The notes beneath the pieces are model-generated. The model was given only the letters and a program-made list of their open reading frames with translations, did no database searches and was not told the origin of the DNA. A stretch of 64,000 nt of DNA from Eledone cirrhosa (lineage: Eukaryota): the NCBI GenBank assembly GCA_964016885.1, contig OZ024740.1, positions 323,516,001-323,580,000 of the forward strand, given 5' to 3'. A program made the translations under genes and the position numbers. The stretch's first letter is position 1, and each line of letters opens with the position of its first letter. Shown here in pieces: positions 28,396 through 42,239 of the stretch.

Positions 28396-30136
28396 AACCG
28401 TGTAACAAAAACATTTTTTTCTCTGTTCCTGTATTGTAATCACTTTTTTGTGTTGCTTAGGTCCCAAATAAATAAAAAAAAAAAGGGGCTATTAAACAGT
28501 TAAAAGTTTGGGTTTGTAAAAATTCTAAGCTATTCACTAGAATTATTTGTATGCTGGATTTTACGTTGTATGTAAGTTTAATTTGCTTATGTTAAATGAT
28601 TTTTTTATATATGATTCAGGTTCAATTAAAATTATAAAATAAAGAGTAATACCTAAAGAAAATTATAAAAGTGCAATAAAGTATAAAATTGTTAAAAAGT
28701 GGATTAAAGAGATTTATTGATACTGGATTTTCGCACCCTGAATAAAGCGTAAGTTGTGTTTTAAGCATTCGTCTCCAGGTTGAAGCAGTGGAACTTGGTC
28801 AAGGAGGAAGTGTAGGTCACAAATCAGAGAAGTCGACACGAACCTTTCTCAGGCTTTTACACTCTTAGGGATGGTCTCTGCTTCTGCCATGACGTGCCTG
28901 GACTGTTTGACGTTATTGGGGTGCCGTTTGTGCCCAAGGAGTGGCAGCTATTTATAGACAGCTCCACCACAAGTTTGAAGGCTGTCCTCCTCCACAATGG
29001 AAACAAGTTCCCGACACTGCCTCTAGTTCATTCAGTCTGCTTGAAGGAAGATTACTACAGTGTGAAAGTCCTCTTGGAAGCTCTGCAATACAACCAGTAC
29101 AATTGGGAAATCATTGGAGACTTCAAGATGGTCGCTTTCCTGCTTGGACTCCAAGGAGGCTTTATCAAATTCCAATGCTTCCTCTGCGTTTGGGACAGCA
29201 GAGCCACCTCTGACCACTACGAAAGAAAGAACTGGGAGCAGTGAACAGAATTTGTAGTTGGGACCCGGAACGTCATGTGGGAGCCACTGGTTGATCCCAG
29301 GATTGTGCTCATGCCGCCACTGCACATTAAGTTGGGGTTGATGAAGCAGTTTGTGAAGGCTATCAACCAAGAATCAGCCGCTTTTAAGTACCTTCTTGAG
29401 TTCTTCCCCAAGTTATCTGAGGCCAAAATCAAAGGTGAAATTGTTGTTGGACCTCAGATAAAGAAGGTGTTTGAGTCTACCGAGTTCTCCAATAATCTCA
29501 ATAGGATTGAGAGAACAGCATGGAACCGTTTCAAGGCAGTTGTTAAGGGCTTCCTAGGCAACTACAGAGCTGAAAACTACCAGAAACTGGTGCAGGATCT
29601 GATAAAGGCTTCTGGCGCCATGGAATACAGGATGTTGCTTAAACTCCATATGATGGACGCTCACCTGGAAAATTTCAAGGTCAATATGGACGCCTACTCT
29701 GAAGAACAAGGCGAACGATTCCACCAAGATGTGAAAGAGATAGAGCGGAGGTACCAGGGCCACTACAATGAAAAAATGATGGGGGACTATATCTGGGGTC
29801 TAGTGCGGGAATGCGACCTGAACTACAACCGCAAATCCAGGAAATCCAGCCATCTCTGACGTGTACAAGTTGCTTTATAAGTGTTATTTGTTTTTACTTG
29901 TTTGCTTTTGATAAGCTTGTGTAATAAAATCAATATATACTCTGTTGATTTAATTATATGAACTGATAATTTTTTTTTAAATGTGTTTTTTCTTGAAAAA
30001 TATGAAAATATCAAATATCCTGACCACAAACCCAAACTTCTAATTAAATAATAGTGTTTTTTTAAAATAATAATGGGATATAACAAACCAGTAAATGACA
30101 CTTAGAACCGGGGAACAAAAAATATGCTACACGGTG
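28396..30136 (+). mobile_element. Chapaev-type (CMC superfamily) DNA transposon, internally deleted
   Basis: Imperfect TIRs AACCGTGTAACA..TGTTCC / GGAACAAAAAATATGCTACACGGTG; transposase relic inside; superfamily assigned from recalled motifs. Confidence 0.7.
28770..29859 (+). pseudogene. Transposase relic (N-terminus missing, one in-frame TGA at 29242)
   Basis: WQLFIDSS..SLKAVLLHNGN, GDFKMVAFLLGLQGG, CFLCVWDSRA, MPPLHIKLGLMKQFVKA, SEEQGERFHQD; ORFs 28894 and 29275 share a frame. Confidence 0.9.
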
Positions 30137-30517
30137 ATAATTCGGGCTGATTGTTTACAAACAAACCGAGCATTATAATAAATGTTCGGTAAACCCATAC
30201 GTACATATATATATATGTGCATGTATGTATGTATATACATACCACTGTACGTCTGTATACATATATGTATGTACGTATACATACTTATATTTATATATAT
30301 ATAGTAGAGTTACCCACTCTACTACCATAAATATTGAGTACTCTGGTGCGTTATGGTCCATCTGGTATCTTACCAAACCCGCTTTGTTACATATATATAT
30401 ATATATATATACAAATGGAAGTTTAGTAAAATCGAATATTCGGCTGTAGCTAAGCCAACGAAACACAATCAGGATTTAAGCAGCCAAGCACTCGATGAGA
30501 AAGCTCACAGTAATAAC

Positions 30518-30698
30518 TGTTTCTATTTTTAGCACAAGGCCAGCAATTACCCAGTACATTACTGGTACTTTATTTTATCGACCCCGTAAGGATTAAAGGC
30601 AAAGTTAACCTCGACGGGATTTGAACTCAAACCGTAAAGGGACGTAACTATGCTAGAAAGCAATGCTGTCCAACCCTCTACTGATACTGCCAATTCAG
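30518..30698 (-). mobile_element. tRNA-derived SINE inserted in an older TA-flanked element (30410-31108)
   Basis: TSD AGTAATAAC at 30509-30517 and 30699-30707. Confidence 0.8.
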
Positions 30699-31105
30699 AG
30701 TAATAACATTCGTTAGACGGCATAACAAATTGAAAACCGTGGTAGGCAAACCTAGCCACGACACCGAAGCAACGAGAAAACTAACAGGTTAATAAAACAA
30801 ACCTGGACCATCTCGGATGCAGATCGTCGTTTCTCCGATAGGTTTTTATGAATCGAAAATCAACAATCCTACTTGCGCAAGTATACAAGTTTTTGGTGTT
30901 TGAAGACCGAACTGAGGATTCATGTTTCAACAGGTTTACGTTCTGTGCCTTGACCTGGTGTGGTATGAAGTAGTAAGCCACTGTTGTTAGCAGCGGTCGA
31001 TGCCTAAGCTATCACGTGCTTTTTCCCAACAAGGGAAATAACCCCGGGTTTTTGGCGGGCAAATTCAAAATGTGAACATGGGAAGCGTGTTCCCTGCACA
31101 AACCG

Positions 31106-31298
<193 letters not shown>

Positions 31299-31926
31299 TG
31301 TGTGTGTATAAATATACTGTATATATAAATATGTATATATAAATACACACATATCTTTATGAATATATATATATATATATACACGCACGCACTCATGTAT
31401 ATTAGGTCATTCACCGAATACCTGGAACACTAACCGCTGAAACTAGCGGAAGTCCATTAACTACTTAGCTATCTCTCCGAAGAAGGACACACCTCTGAAA
31501 CCACAGTTTGCTCTATTTCCTTACGACAGAAACATATTCAACAGTTGAGACAATTGTATTACTTGTTGCTGGAGCTGATCATCAGATCTTTCTTCACACT
31601 TTATAGTTTAAAATAACGTAAAAGTTATTCCATTCTTGGACATCTATCCTGGTGGAATATTCATTTAACAAGTGACTATTCCATTAGCTTATTGTGTTAT
31701 CACTCTCAAGGCCTTTTATTCTCATTAACGGGGTCATACTTTAAGTAATCTCAATATCTCAACATATGCCAATATCGTAATCTTAATCAAAACCTCCATT
31801 ATGCTTATTGATGTAGTAAAATCTTCTTAACCGATTACCGTGACATTTCTGACGTGACAACTCTCACATACTATTTTAATGGAAATTTTAACGATATTTA
31901 TATATACATATATACACGTGCACACA

Positions 31927-32022
<96 letters not shown>

Positions 32023-32065
32023 GGAATACTGTTGGCTTCTTGTAGCCATAGTTTCTATACCTTTC

Positions 32066-32122
<57 letters not shown>

Positions 32123-32422
32123 AAGAAAGTTAGATAGATATGTATATGTGAGGAGGGGTGTAAGTGGGTGTGTAAAGAGGGAGAAAGTGGAAGAGGAATG
32201 CTCAGAAGCCAGACATAAAAGCAAAGGACAAAAAAATAGAAAAAATTAGAGTCAAATAAATTATAGAACATTTAGGGAATTGCTTTCGTCCTATTTCTTA
32301 ATTTTGAGTGTTGCGGCCATCTTTTAACAGATTAAATTGTTAATATATGATATGTGTTAGTTAACATTAGTTATTTATGAGATGTGCTAATAGTATAAGA
32401 CTGGAAGTTGGCAGAATAGTTA

Positions 32423-32824
32423 TAACTGATTCTACTTTTGGCACAAGGCCAGTAATTAACCCAGTGTATTAATGGTACTTTATTTTAGCGACCCTGTAAG
32501 AATGAAAGGCAAAGTTAACCTCGGCTGGATTTGAACTCAGACCGCAAAGGGCCGTAACTCTATGCTGTAAAACATGGCGTTCGACCCTCTGCCGATACTG
32601 ACGTCAGATAGAATGCTATGCAATATTAATTCCGATTCGCTGAACACTGAGTTCAAATCCTGCTGAGGTCAACACTACCTTTCATTCTTTTGACATCGAT
32701 AAATTAAGAACCAGTCCAGTCCAGTCCAGTCCTCGGGTATATTCCTCCCGATCTAATTCCCTCTTTCTCTCCCTCTCCTGCTTCCCCTCTCCCTCTCTCT
32801 CTCTCCCTCTCTCTCTCTCTCTCC

Positions 32825-32867
<43 letters not shown>

Positions 32868-33315
32868 TCTCTCTATCCATCCCCCTCTCTCTCCTCCCCC
32901 CGTCTCTCTCTCAGAAGAAGAAGAAGAAGAAGAAGAAGAAGAAGAAGAAGAATCATATACTCTATCATTTGAAATCTGTATATATTTAGTCGACGTCGAC
33001 GTCGATCAAATCCCGTCCAGTTTAACCTTGCCTTCATTCTCTTAAATATAACTTATTCTACTTTTGGCACAAGGCCAGCAATTATCCCATTGCATTACTG
33101 GTACTTTATTTTATCGACGCCCTTAAGGATGAAAGGCAAAGTTAAACCTCAACGTGATTTGAACTCAGACTGCAAACGGACGTAATTCTGTGCTGCAAAG
33201 CATGGCGTCCAACCCTCTGCTGATACTGCCAATCCACCAATGCCAGTTCAGTAATACAGACGAGTCTTCCTCTGCGTCTCTTTATCACTTTCTCTCTCTC
33301 TCTCTCTCTCTCTCT

Positions 33316-33393
<78 letters not shown>

Positions 33394-33552
33394 TTCTCAC
33401 ATACACATATTCTCTCTCTCTCACTGCCTGGAAGAAACCGGTTGCGTGTATACGCAGAGAGGGATGGAAAAGTTAACCTCGACGGGATTTGAACTCAGAC
33501 CGTAAAGGGACGTAACTATGCTAGAAAGCATGGCATCCAACCCTCTACCGAT
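32423..33552 (-). mobile_element. Cluster of SINE copies (32423-32600, 33050-33240, 33462-33552 on -; 32645-32720 on +) separated by microsatellites
   Basis: All match the 55193-55382 SINE. Confidence 0.75.
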
Positions 33553-34422
33553 GATGATATGTTATGTTTACATAACAGTATTATTACATTATACGTATTT
33601 CAATGACATGGTGGGTAGTTGTAATGTAACTGTTACATAAGTACATGTTACCGGTGTGACATCATCAGATGTTAACTCAATTATGTGAAGTGGTTATGTT
33701 GGTATGTTGATAAATCACAGGCAAAATTGTTCCATCCTGGTGTAAATCCAAGAGACATATATGTCGGAAATGACAGATCTCAACTGCATATGCATACACC
33801 ACCAGCTCCCACACATTTCCCTTCCACTAAATGTTTGTCACGGCATTGGTCCACGCGACGGCTATTGTAGGAATTGACAAACAGTGGAAATGAACCCGAA
33901 ATTACACGGTTTGAAGCTAACCCTTTAAATACACAATCGTGCTTACACCTTTGTGTTTAAGTAAGGAACTTAACCTTTTGATTATCTTATTTCTCAATCT
34001 ACGCTGCTGCAAGTTTGGGGATACATTCGCTGGAAGGACATCGAGAAGTTAAGTAAATAACAATTGGAATATCAAATTCTACCTAGCGCCTATCACCATT
34101 CAATCGATCGGGGATGAATTCAAAACCACTTTCTTATAAATTCCCTTAGAATATTTTCTGTTTGCAGAGGAGTTACTGGAGGGATTTAAACAGAGATAAC
34201 AGTTCCAGAAAATATGGTGACATCTTGTTGGCATTATACTGTATTGTTCCTTAGGCGATTGAAAACCTCTCTCCTTGCATTAGAATATCTAATAACAGAT
34301 GTTTAACAGGCTGGACATTTTGGAAGAATTATACTTTTGTAGTGCTAAGATAAACGAACAAATGTTTGCCAACAACGCTTCAACCAATTGAAAAGATAAG
34401 CAAGGTCACTCTGCCATAAACG

Positions 34423-34612
34423 TTAGGTGAAACTGTCCAAATGACTGTAAACATATTTTTGCTGGACGAAATATAAAAGAAGCAACACAACGATAGGTAA
34501 GAATATATATAACAATGCTTTTTCACGTTTTAACTGTTGCCGTTGGAGCTCCGTCACTGTCGACGAAGATTGTTCCAGCTGTTTGTGCAACGGAACAGCC
34601 TGCGATCTGATC
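34423..34612 (-). CDS. Possible terminal coding exon: coiled-coil-like stretch plus C-terminal transmembrane helix
   Basis: ..LHKQLEQSSSTVTELQRQQLKREKALLYIFLPIVVLLLLYFVQQKYVYSHLDSFT*; unique sequence; weak acceptor TGTCTGTAG. Confidence 0.25.
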
Positions 34613-35012
34613 CTACTACAGACATATATACACTTATTGTAATTCTCAGGGAGATTTAGCTTCACAGACTAACTCAAAGCTGGCCCATTGAATTACAAGA
34701 CGGTTTGTCTTATATTAATGTATAAGTGACTGAGCAGACACGTTTATCCTTCAGGTAGTTCTCCGTGAGTTCAGCATTACTACATAATTGTTTCTGCTTT
34801 ATGCACAAGGTCAAAAGATTTGTGGTGGTGGGTAGGTTTATCAAATTGGTCCAGTAATTCACTGGTACTTTATTTTATCGATTCTTAGAGGATGAAAGGC
34901 AGAGATTACTTCCTATCCCTGCCTCTCCCGATCTCTCTCCCGGTTTCTCCCTCTCTCTCTCTCCCACACACTCTCTTTCTCTCTCTCACACACACATACA
35001 CACGCACACACA

Positions 35013-35049
<37 letters not shown>

Positions 35050-36424
35050 TCTCTCTCTCTCTCACACACACATACACAATGACACTCTCTCACACACACA
35101 CACACTCTCTCTCTCTCTCTCACACACACACATACACACGCACACACACTCTCTCTCGCTATTGTTCTTTGTTTCTCTCTTTGTATTTATCTAAGTCTAT
35201 CTATAGCCACTGGTTGTCGAGTTCTAGTCCATTGTTGATGAAAACCAAATCACCAATTTCAGGCTAAAAAATGCCAGCATAAGTACAACACAAAATATAC
35301 TACACCGACTTGGCTTCCTTAAATCTCCTATTGATGATTGGATTTTATCCCTAAATATTAAAGATTAATTACACACCACAGGTATAACATTCCAACAAAT
35401 TTAAACTCTAATTTATTTAATATTTAATGTCCCGTTTGTAGCCTTCAAGAACTAACACTATTTTCTACACTTTCTACAATGCCTTAAGCAAATTTCAACA
35501 CCTTTTTATATTTATTTCTATTCAATCATGTTTTTAATGAGATACTCAAAGCTAGCATAAAGGCTAAGTAGACGAAGGTGGGATTCGATCGTCAGACCTG
35601 GAATTTCTAAAACAATTCTGGCCATGTTTAATTTTAATTCTACAGCGAGCTATTCTTAAAGTTGGTTTTATTGTTGATTGTAACACCATTAGAACAATCA
35701 ACACAGGAACATCCAGAGGCAAGTGTGTTAAATTTATAATATGCTATAGAAATTTAAAATACTATCTATTTAGAAATCGATCAATCAGCACTCCCTTTTA
35801 ACAATATTTAACAATATTACATTGTCATCGATTTTAATGATCGGGAATACTTCATGTATGTTTGGTCGTGTTGAAAAAGTACAAACGAGTGGTGAAAATG
35901 ATATTATCACTAAGTGTAGTCGTAAATGATAATTAATGCCTGTAGAAATCTTTGTAGATCATATCGCCATTAAATACTTTAAACTATTTTCTGTTTGAGC
36001 ATATGATCCGACAGTAAAGAGTGTTGACTCATCCAAAACAGACCTTCCATTCTAGAGAAAGTCACTGTGGAGATATTATAAAAGACCAGAGTCTGTGGTT
36101 GAGCACTAGAGCAGATCTGATTGTTAACCATTGAGAAAGATTAAACGAGGGGCATAAAACCGACAGGAGCCCATTATAACAATGTTTTCTTTGTAATAAA
36201 TGCTAAAGTGGTTTGCTTTTCATTTCCAATGTAGATTTAGAAAACTCTTTGAATTGAATATGATCCCTCCCTATATAATAATTGTTACGGGCGAGAGGGA
36301 AGGAAATGTCTAAGTGAATCAATTCAAATAGTTGTGCAATAAGCATTGAAAAATAGATTAGGACAATTGCCGGAGCAGATCACAACCTGTGACATATCAA
36401 AGGAAACCTATCATCAGTGAATGT

Positions 36425-36880
36425 AATTATGACCACCACTTGCATGTAAACCACTACCACATGCATCTACACCACCAGCGTCACACACATAGAAGCCACC
36501 ATAACATACACACACACACACCAACATCACATACACATACATCACTATCACCATATACGCCACCACTATCAGATACACATGAACCACCACCTTCAAATAC
36601 ACATAGACCACCACCACCACCACCATCACCACCACGTACATGTATACGACCATCAACACATACACATACACATACACCACCATCACCACATACACAACCA
36701 TCATCACACACACCACCACATACACCACCACCACATACACAACCATCACCACATACACAACGATCACCACATACATCACCACCACCACATACACCACCAT
36801 CACCACATACATATGAACCACCATCCCCATATACACATACACAACCCTCATCATATACAAAAAAACCACCACCATCCCGT
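36425..36880. repeat. CAC/CAT/ACA low-complexity tract
   Basis: Degenerate ACCACCATCACCACATAC-type repeats. Confidence 0.8.
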
Positions 36881-37334
36881 TCTCGGCTGAAGTATCGCTG
36901 CCAGTGAGCGTTAAATTCTATTGTGTAACTAAATTAGGTTTAATACCAACTTATATACTTTAATGTTTATATTATTTACTTGTATTTCCCCGAATGGAAC
37001 AACCAAATATACGGTACACGACCACCCTGGTTCATACCTAGTGGGGCCCAACTGAAATATAAACACATTATCATTTCTATATAAACATATCATTTCTATT
37101 CAAAGGGAGGTAACTATAATTACTCTAAAATCAGCCCCAAACGATGCCAAATAAATTTCTGATATAGATCCTCTATATTAAAATATGTATAAAGGCCTTA
37201 CACCCGTGTGTCATACGAATGCTGCGGTCTGTCAAAAGTGTTGTCAAATTGTCGTTTAGAATTCAAGGAATACAATTGTAAGACAAAATAAGGAGCTGAT
37301 GTACAAATGTTCTAAATGATTTCACTGTCAATGA

Positions 37335-37420
<86 letters not shown>

Positions 37421-37427
37421 ATCTCTT

Positions 37428-37484
<57 letters not shown>

Positions 37485-37514
37485 GATAGAGAGATAATAC
37501 ATACACAAATGTAT

Positions 37515-37548
<34 letters not shown>

Positions 37549-37550
<2 letters not shown>

Positions 37551-37724
37551 CGAAGGAAATGTGGTAAGGAACCAGGTGGACCATAACGCACCAAAGTACT
37601 CAATACTTAGGGTAGTAGAGTGGGTAATAGGAACGAGTAGGACCCCGACGGGTGAGCTCAAGCCGTTTCGACGTCTAATTCTGGACATTTTAGTCCAGAA
37701 TTAGCCGTCGAAACGGCTAATTCT
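37549..37724. mobile_element. Family A fold-back mini-element (A1) with a second micro fold-back
   Basis: Long arm with tail, then a short arm ending AATTAGCCGTCGAAACGGCTAATT. Confidence 0.8.
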
Positions 37725-37785
37725 ATATATATGTATGTGTATATATATATATATATATATACATACATAATACATACACATATAT

Positions 37786-38209
37786 TTATGCGAGCGAGAC
37801 CTGGAAGAGTACAGCAAATAAAGAGAGACGGCTGACCGCTTTCCACCAGCGGTGCCTGCGAAAGATCCTTCGTGTGTCCTGGCGCAACCGCGTGCGAAAC
37901 GAGGAGATCCTGCGGAGAGCCGAGTCGTAGACGCCACAGAGAGTGGTCACAGAGCGTCGGTGCCGTCTGGCTGGCCATATTCTGCGTCTGCCAAATGAAC
38001 GGCATTGGAAAACAGCGATGAATTGGACTCCGCATGGCGGTAAACGGAGGCGGATTTGCCCAAGGATCACCTGGCGACGAACGTTCCGGAAGGACCTGAT
38101 GGCAGTCTACATCACCTGGCACGGTCTCGAAAAAGTTGCCGCTGATCGTGACCGTTGGCGAGTACCTATTGCTCGTTGCGCCGAACGGCGCGGAAGAATT
38201 TAGGACTAA
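37786..38209 (+). mobile_element. RTE-clade LINE 3' fragment
   Basis: ASETWK..AFHQRCLRKILRVSWRNRVRNEEILRR*..RLAGHILRLPNERH..GKRRR..TWRR..AADRDRWR; one in-frame stop; inserted in a microsatellite. Confidence 0.85.
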
Positions 38210-38234
38210 TATATATATATATATATATATATAT

Positions 38235-38444
38235 AGGAACGAGTAGGACCCCGACGGCTGAGCTCAAGCCGTTTCGACGGCTAATTCTGGACTAAAAATC
38301 ATTTTTAGTCCAGAATTAGCCGTCGAAACGGCTTGAGCTCAGCCGTCGGGGTCCTACTCGTCCTATTACCCACTCTACTACCCTAAGTATTGAGTACTTT
38401 GGTGCGTTATGGTCCATTTGGTTCCTTACCACATTTCCTTCGTT
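38235..38444. mobile_element. Family A fold-back mini-element (A1)
   Basis: Near-perfect arms around TAAAAATCATTTTTA; tail on the right; (TA)n flanks. Confidence 0.85.
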
Positions 38445-38454
38445 ATATATATAT

Positions 38455-39160
38455 ATACAAATAAATAATCAATAATCGGAACCTCGGCCCACGAAATAAC
38501 GAAACACAATCTTCGAAATGTGTGGCAAAGTGCTCAATAGTTTGGATAAACCAGAGCTATAACTAACGTTTAATACCAACACACTGGGACGATGCTTAAA
38601 CAATCATTCGCACAGCCAAAAATACGACCAAGAAAATTCGAGTCAGACAAATAAAAATATATATGAATGAAAAATTTACCCGGACCCCTGGAAAGATGGT
38701 AAATTTCAGCATTTGGGTTTCTGCGGCTCCTAAATCAGTTACCGTCAGCCTACATAAAAAATGTCCGGCTTCTGGTAAGACGATGAACAAGGAAACAACT
38801 TTTTCAACGGGCGTTTAGTTCAATAATACAAGGGAACCCGTTACTAAATCCACATGGGGTCTAGCAAGGGAGGGAACCCCTATATTAGGCGAATGAATTC
38901 AGTAGTGTATATTATTGTAAAAATACAAAATATCACATATCGAATTAGAGTTCTCAACAGACGGGTTAAAATTAACATGAGCTATTCATCAGTCAATAGG
39001 ATCAACTAAAAAATCAATAAAATTAACTGATCAATAGCTAAAGACTGGAGATAAATACAAATAAATTATCGAGAATTGGAACCTCGGCCCACGAAATAAC
39101 GAAACACAATCTTCGAAATGTGTGGCAAAGTGCTCAATAGTTTGGATAAACCAGAGCTAT
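38455..39160. mobile_element. Family L element: 600-bp unit with ~105-bp terminal direct repeat
   Basis: GGAACCTCGGCCCACG..CCAGAGCTATA occurs at 38478 and 39078; (TA)n on both sides. Confidence 0.7.
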
Positions 39161-39492
39161 ATATATATATATATAAATTTGATAACTTTGAAAGATTTCG
39201 TCCACTACTGGCCCAGGCCATGTCTAACTTAATAGAACGACCTGGCGAAGTCTTTCAAATCAGGATTTATGTTGACAGAGGGTACTGTACACTCTATTGC
39301 TACATTAAGTGTGGCCGAAACTCGAGTTGAGTTCGGGAACAATTGAAGGTACCCGTTTACGTGCGCTGTGTCGAAGCGAATAACTCAGTGTAAACTCTGG
39401 GAGTTTATTTAACATTACCCATTGAGGTCTCTGAGATGCAACCGATTCTAACAGTGACACCCATGCTAGTTCCGTCAACCTATTATATATAT

Positions 39493-39617
<125 letters not shown>

Positions 39618-40731
39618 TGTGTGTGTGTGTGTGTGTGTGTGTAAAAGTTAAACAGAAATATCAACACAATCGGTACAGTTTCAAAAGTTAACGCTTGTAA
39701 TATCAGGAAGAGGGTCTTAACGTTTCGGAGGCTAGTCTTTCATCTGAAGAAAGAATGAGAAATTAGAAAGATTGAAGGGGCGGGCGGGGCGGAATCGGAA
39801 AAAAGGTTTTTAGAGAAAAATAACAGGTCCATTCATGTTGCTATCTATTGGAAAACTAATTAATTTTATATTCTGGAGTCTATAATCTATTAAGTATTTA
39901 TTAAATAATGAACAGAATAAGTAAACATAAAGAATGTAAAGGTTGGGACAAATTTGAGCAGATAAAATATATATTAAATCTATAAAATATATATTAAATC
40001 TTTTGCAAAACAGACAGTTGTTAATCCATGGTTCAAGCGGACAGATTAGTGAGAGAGCAAGGGAGATGTGCTGAAAAAACCAGTCCAACCCTACCATCTC
40101 ATGTCTAATGTAAAACATCAGACGGATGGTACTTTATTGTCCGAATGAATAAAATACACTGGAAGAACAGGTGCAGCTCGTTCTTGTAGATGGCTATCTT
40201 CATCAGATGGATGTTGCTTCGTGGTCTGAAATAATGAGATATACTGGAAGATCAAGAGCAGCATATTCTTGCAGCTGGCTATCTTCATCAGGATCGCAGT
40301 AAATAGGGAGCTGATTCCGGGTCCCAATACGCCGGACTGTTTTCTTCAATTAGTTCGATATTATAGCAAGAAGGAAAAATAAAAATAAAAGTACTTTCAA
40401 TAAGGATTTGAACGAGGTTTTCTGATTACCATTAACAGGTAATCGACGAGTAAATTGATTAATCAGCATTTTTTGTTAACCCTTTCATGCCCCCCCCCCC
40501 CTTCTTTCACTTGCTCCCCCTCCTATTTATTTTCTGTTATTATTACTATTATTAGTCCTGTTATTCATTGTTTGCTGTTCTTATATAGACTGCATGAGAG
40601 ATTAAAGAGATTAAAAGCAGAAATGTAATCAAACATTCACGCTGATGACATAGTTTACATGAATAGCATTTACATAGACACACACACACATATATATATA
40701 TATATACACACACGCATACATGCATGCAAAG

Positions 40732-40766
<35 letters not shown>

Positions 40767-41854
40767 GATACGGGCATATATGAAAAAAAAAAAATATATA
40801 TATATACATATATATATATACATGAATACATTCTTACATATGTACACATATATATTCATATATATTACCACACGCACATAATACGTATATATAAACATAC
40901 TTCCAAAAGTAAATATAAGGCGCATATGTTATTGATTGTGTATTGGAGAGTTGTTAACGTTGTCGCAATTCAAATTATTTTCACCCTGACGAATACACCA
41001 GCTTCCTGTCTTTTCCGCCATTCCTTGTCAGATTAACGCGATACATGAAACGCCTGCCTAAACATTCGCCGGTTTCAGTGCAAATTTGTTTGCTTGAATG
41101 GTTTAAAGTTAATTTTTAGTGAGAATTATTTCAATAAGAATGATGTTTATTGTGTCACTTATAACCGAAATGCACTTATAAACCAACCTAAATGCTACTT
41201 TTATTGATAAATTGTTTGGTTTCTCTATATATTTGCAAATCACTAGTTTTGTCTATATTATTGTAAGGCACAACATTTTCCGATCGCTATTATGAAGTCA
41301 GTTTATCGTATAACCCCAGAGTGGTTTTAAATCCTATGATATTTTAGAAAACGAAGATGCACTCATAACTAACCTTAAGCCTGCATTTACTGATAAATAT
41401 GTTTGTATTGTCTATATTTACTAGCCATGACCTTTTCTGATCAGTATTATAAAGTTTGCTCACACTATAACCGAATTGTGGTTTTAGCTGACGTTTCATT
41501 AGTTTTTAGCTCAGTTTGTTTGATTTGATATTCCTCATGGCACACCTTCGTTCTATTTAACAGACCAAGCAATACAATGTAGTCATGGTATGGTATAATT
41601 TTGGACAGACGTTGTTGATTTTGTCTGCTGACTTCTACCTCGTATTCAGCAATGGTAGTTAGATATTTTGTTAAAGTGCTTCAGTTGTGCTTCAGATGCT
41701 TGATGGGTTTCCGGGTTACAGGTGGTTGATCATCCGTCACTTTCGACGATAAGCATTCAACTGAACTTCCTACTCGGGAAATGTTTGATTAGACCACTCT
41801 TCCTACTCGGGAAGTGTTTGATTAGACCACAGATACGAGAACTCTTAATTAATC

Positions 41855-41901
<47 letters not shown>

Positions 41902-42239
41902 AATATATAAATAGATGAAATAAAAAGGGCGTAGACATTAAAATACATACAATACAGAAGGGGGAAACATGATAATAGTACCAATGATAATGTTGCAGAT
42001 GTGCAACGAAAGAACTTTGTTAGACTATATATATATGTATTTATATCTGTATTTTTGACCGTTGGTCAGTCAATGATAAACATTGATGGCCAAATTAATT
42101 AACTATGAAGATATAAAAGATGCAGAAGCGAAAACCAATCAAACAGTGAGTGTGTTCTGTTATTATTTCTGGCAATATTGTTACAACAATATGACCTCCC
42201 CAAGTATAAAAATATATATATATATATACATATATTTTT

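Noticed and set aside
29242-29244. In-frame TGA in the transposase as readthrough
   Set aside because: Most simply a CGA-to-TGA decay in an already deleted element
31470-31552. CCGAAGA-AGGACACACCTCT-GAAAC motif; similar weak motif at 41757-41790
   Set aside because: Mutated cores and unresolved stem III; too degenerate to support
31620-31800. Faint LINE RT-like traces (also ~35700-36000 on -)
   Set aside because: Too degenerate to confirm without a profile search
40150-40300. Two CTGATGA motifs on the minus strand
   Set aside because: Part of an ~87-bp duplication with no matching GAAA or stems; not a hammerhead
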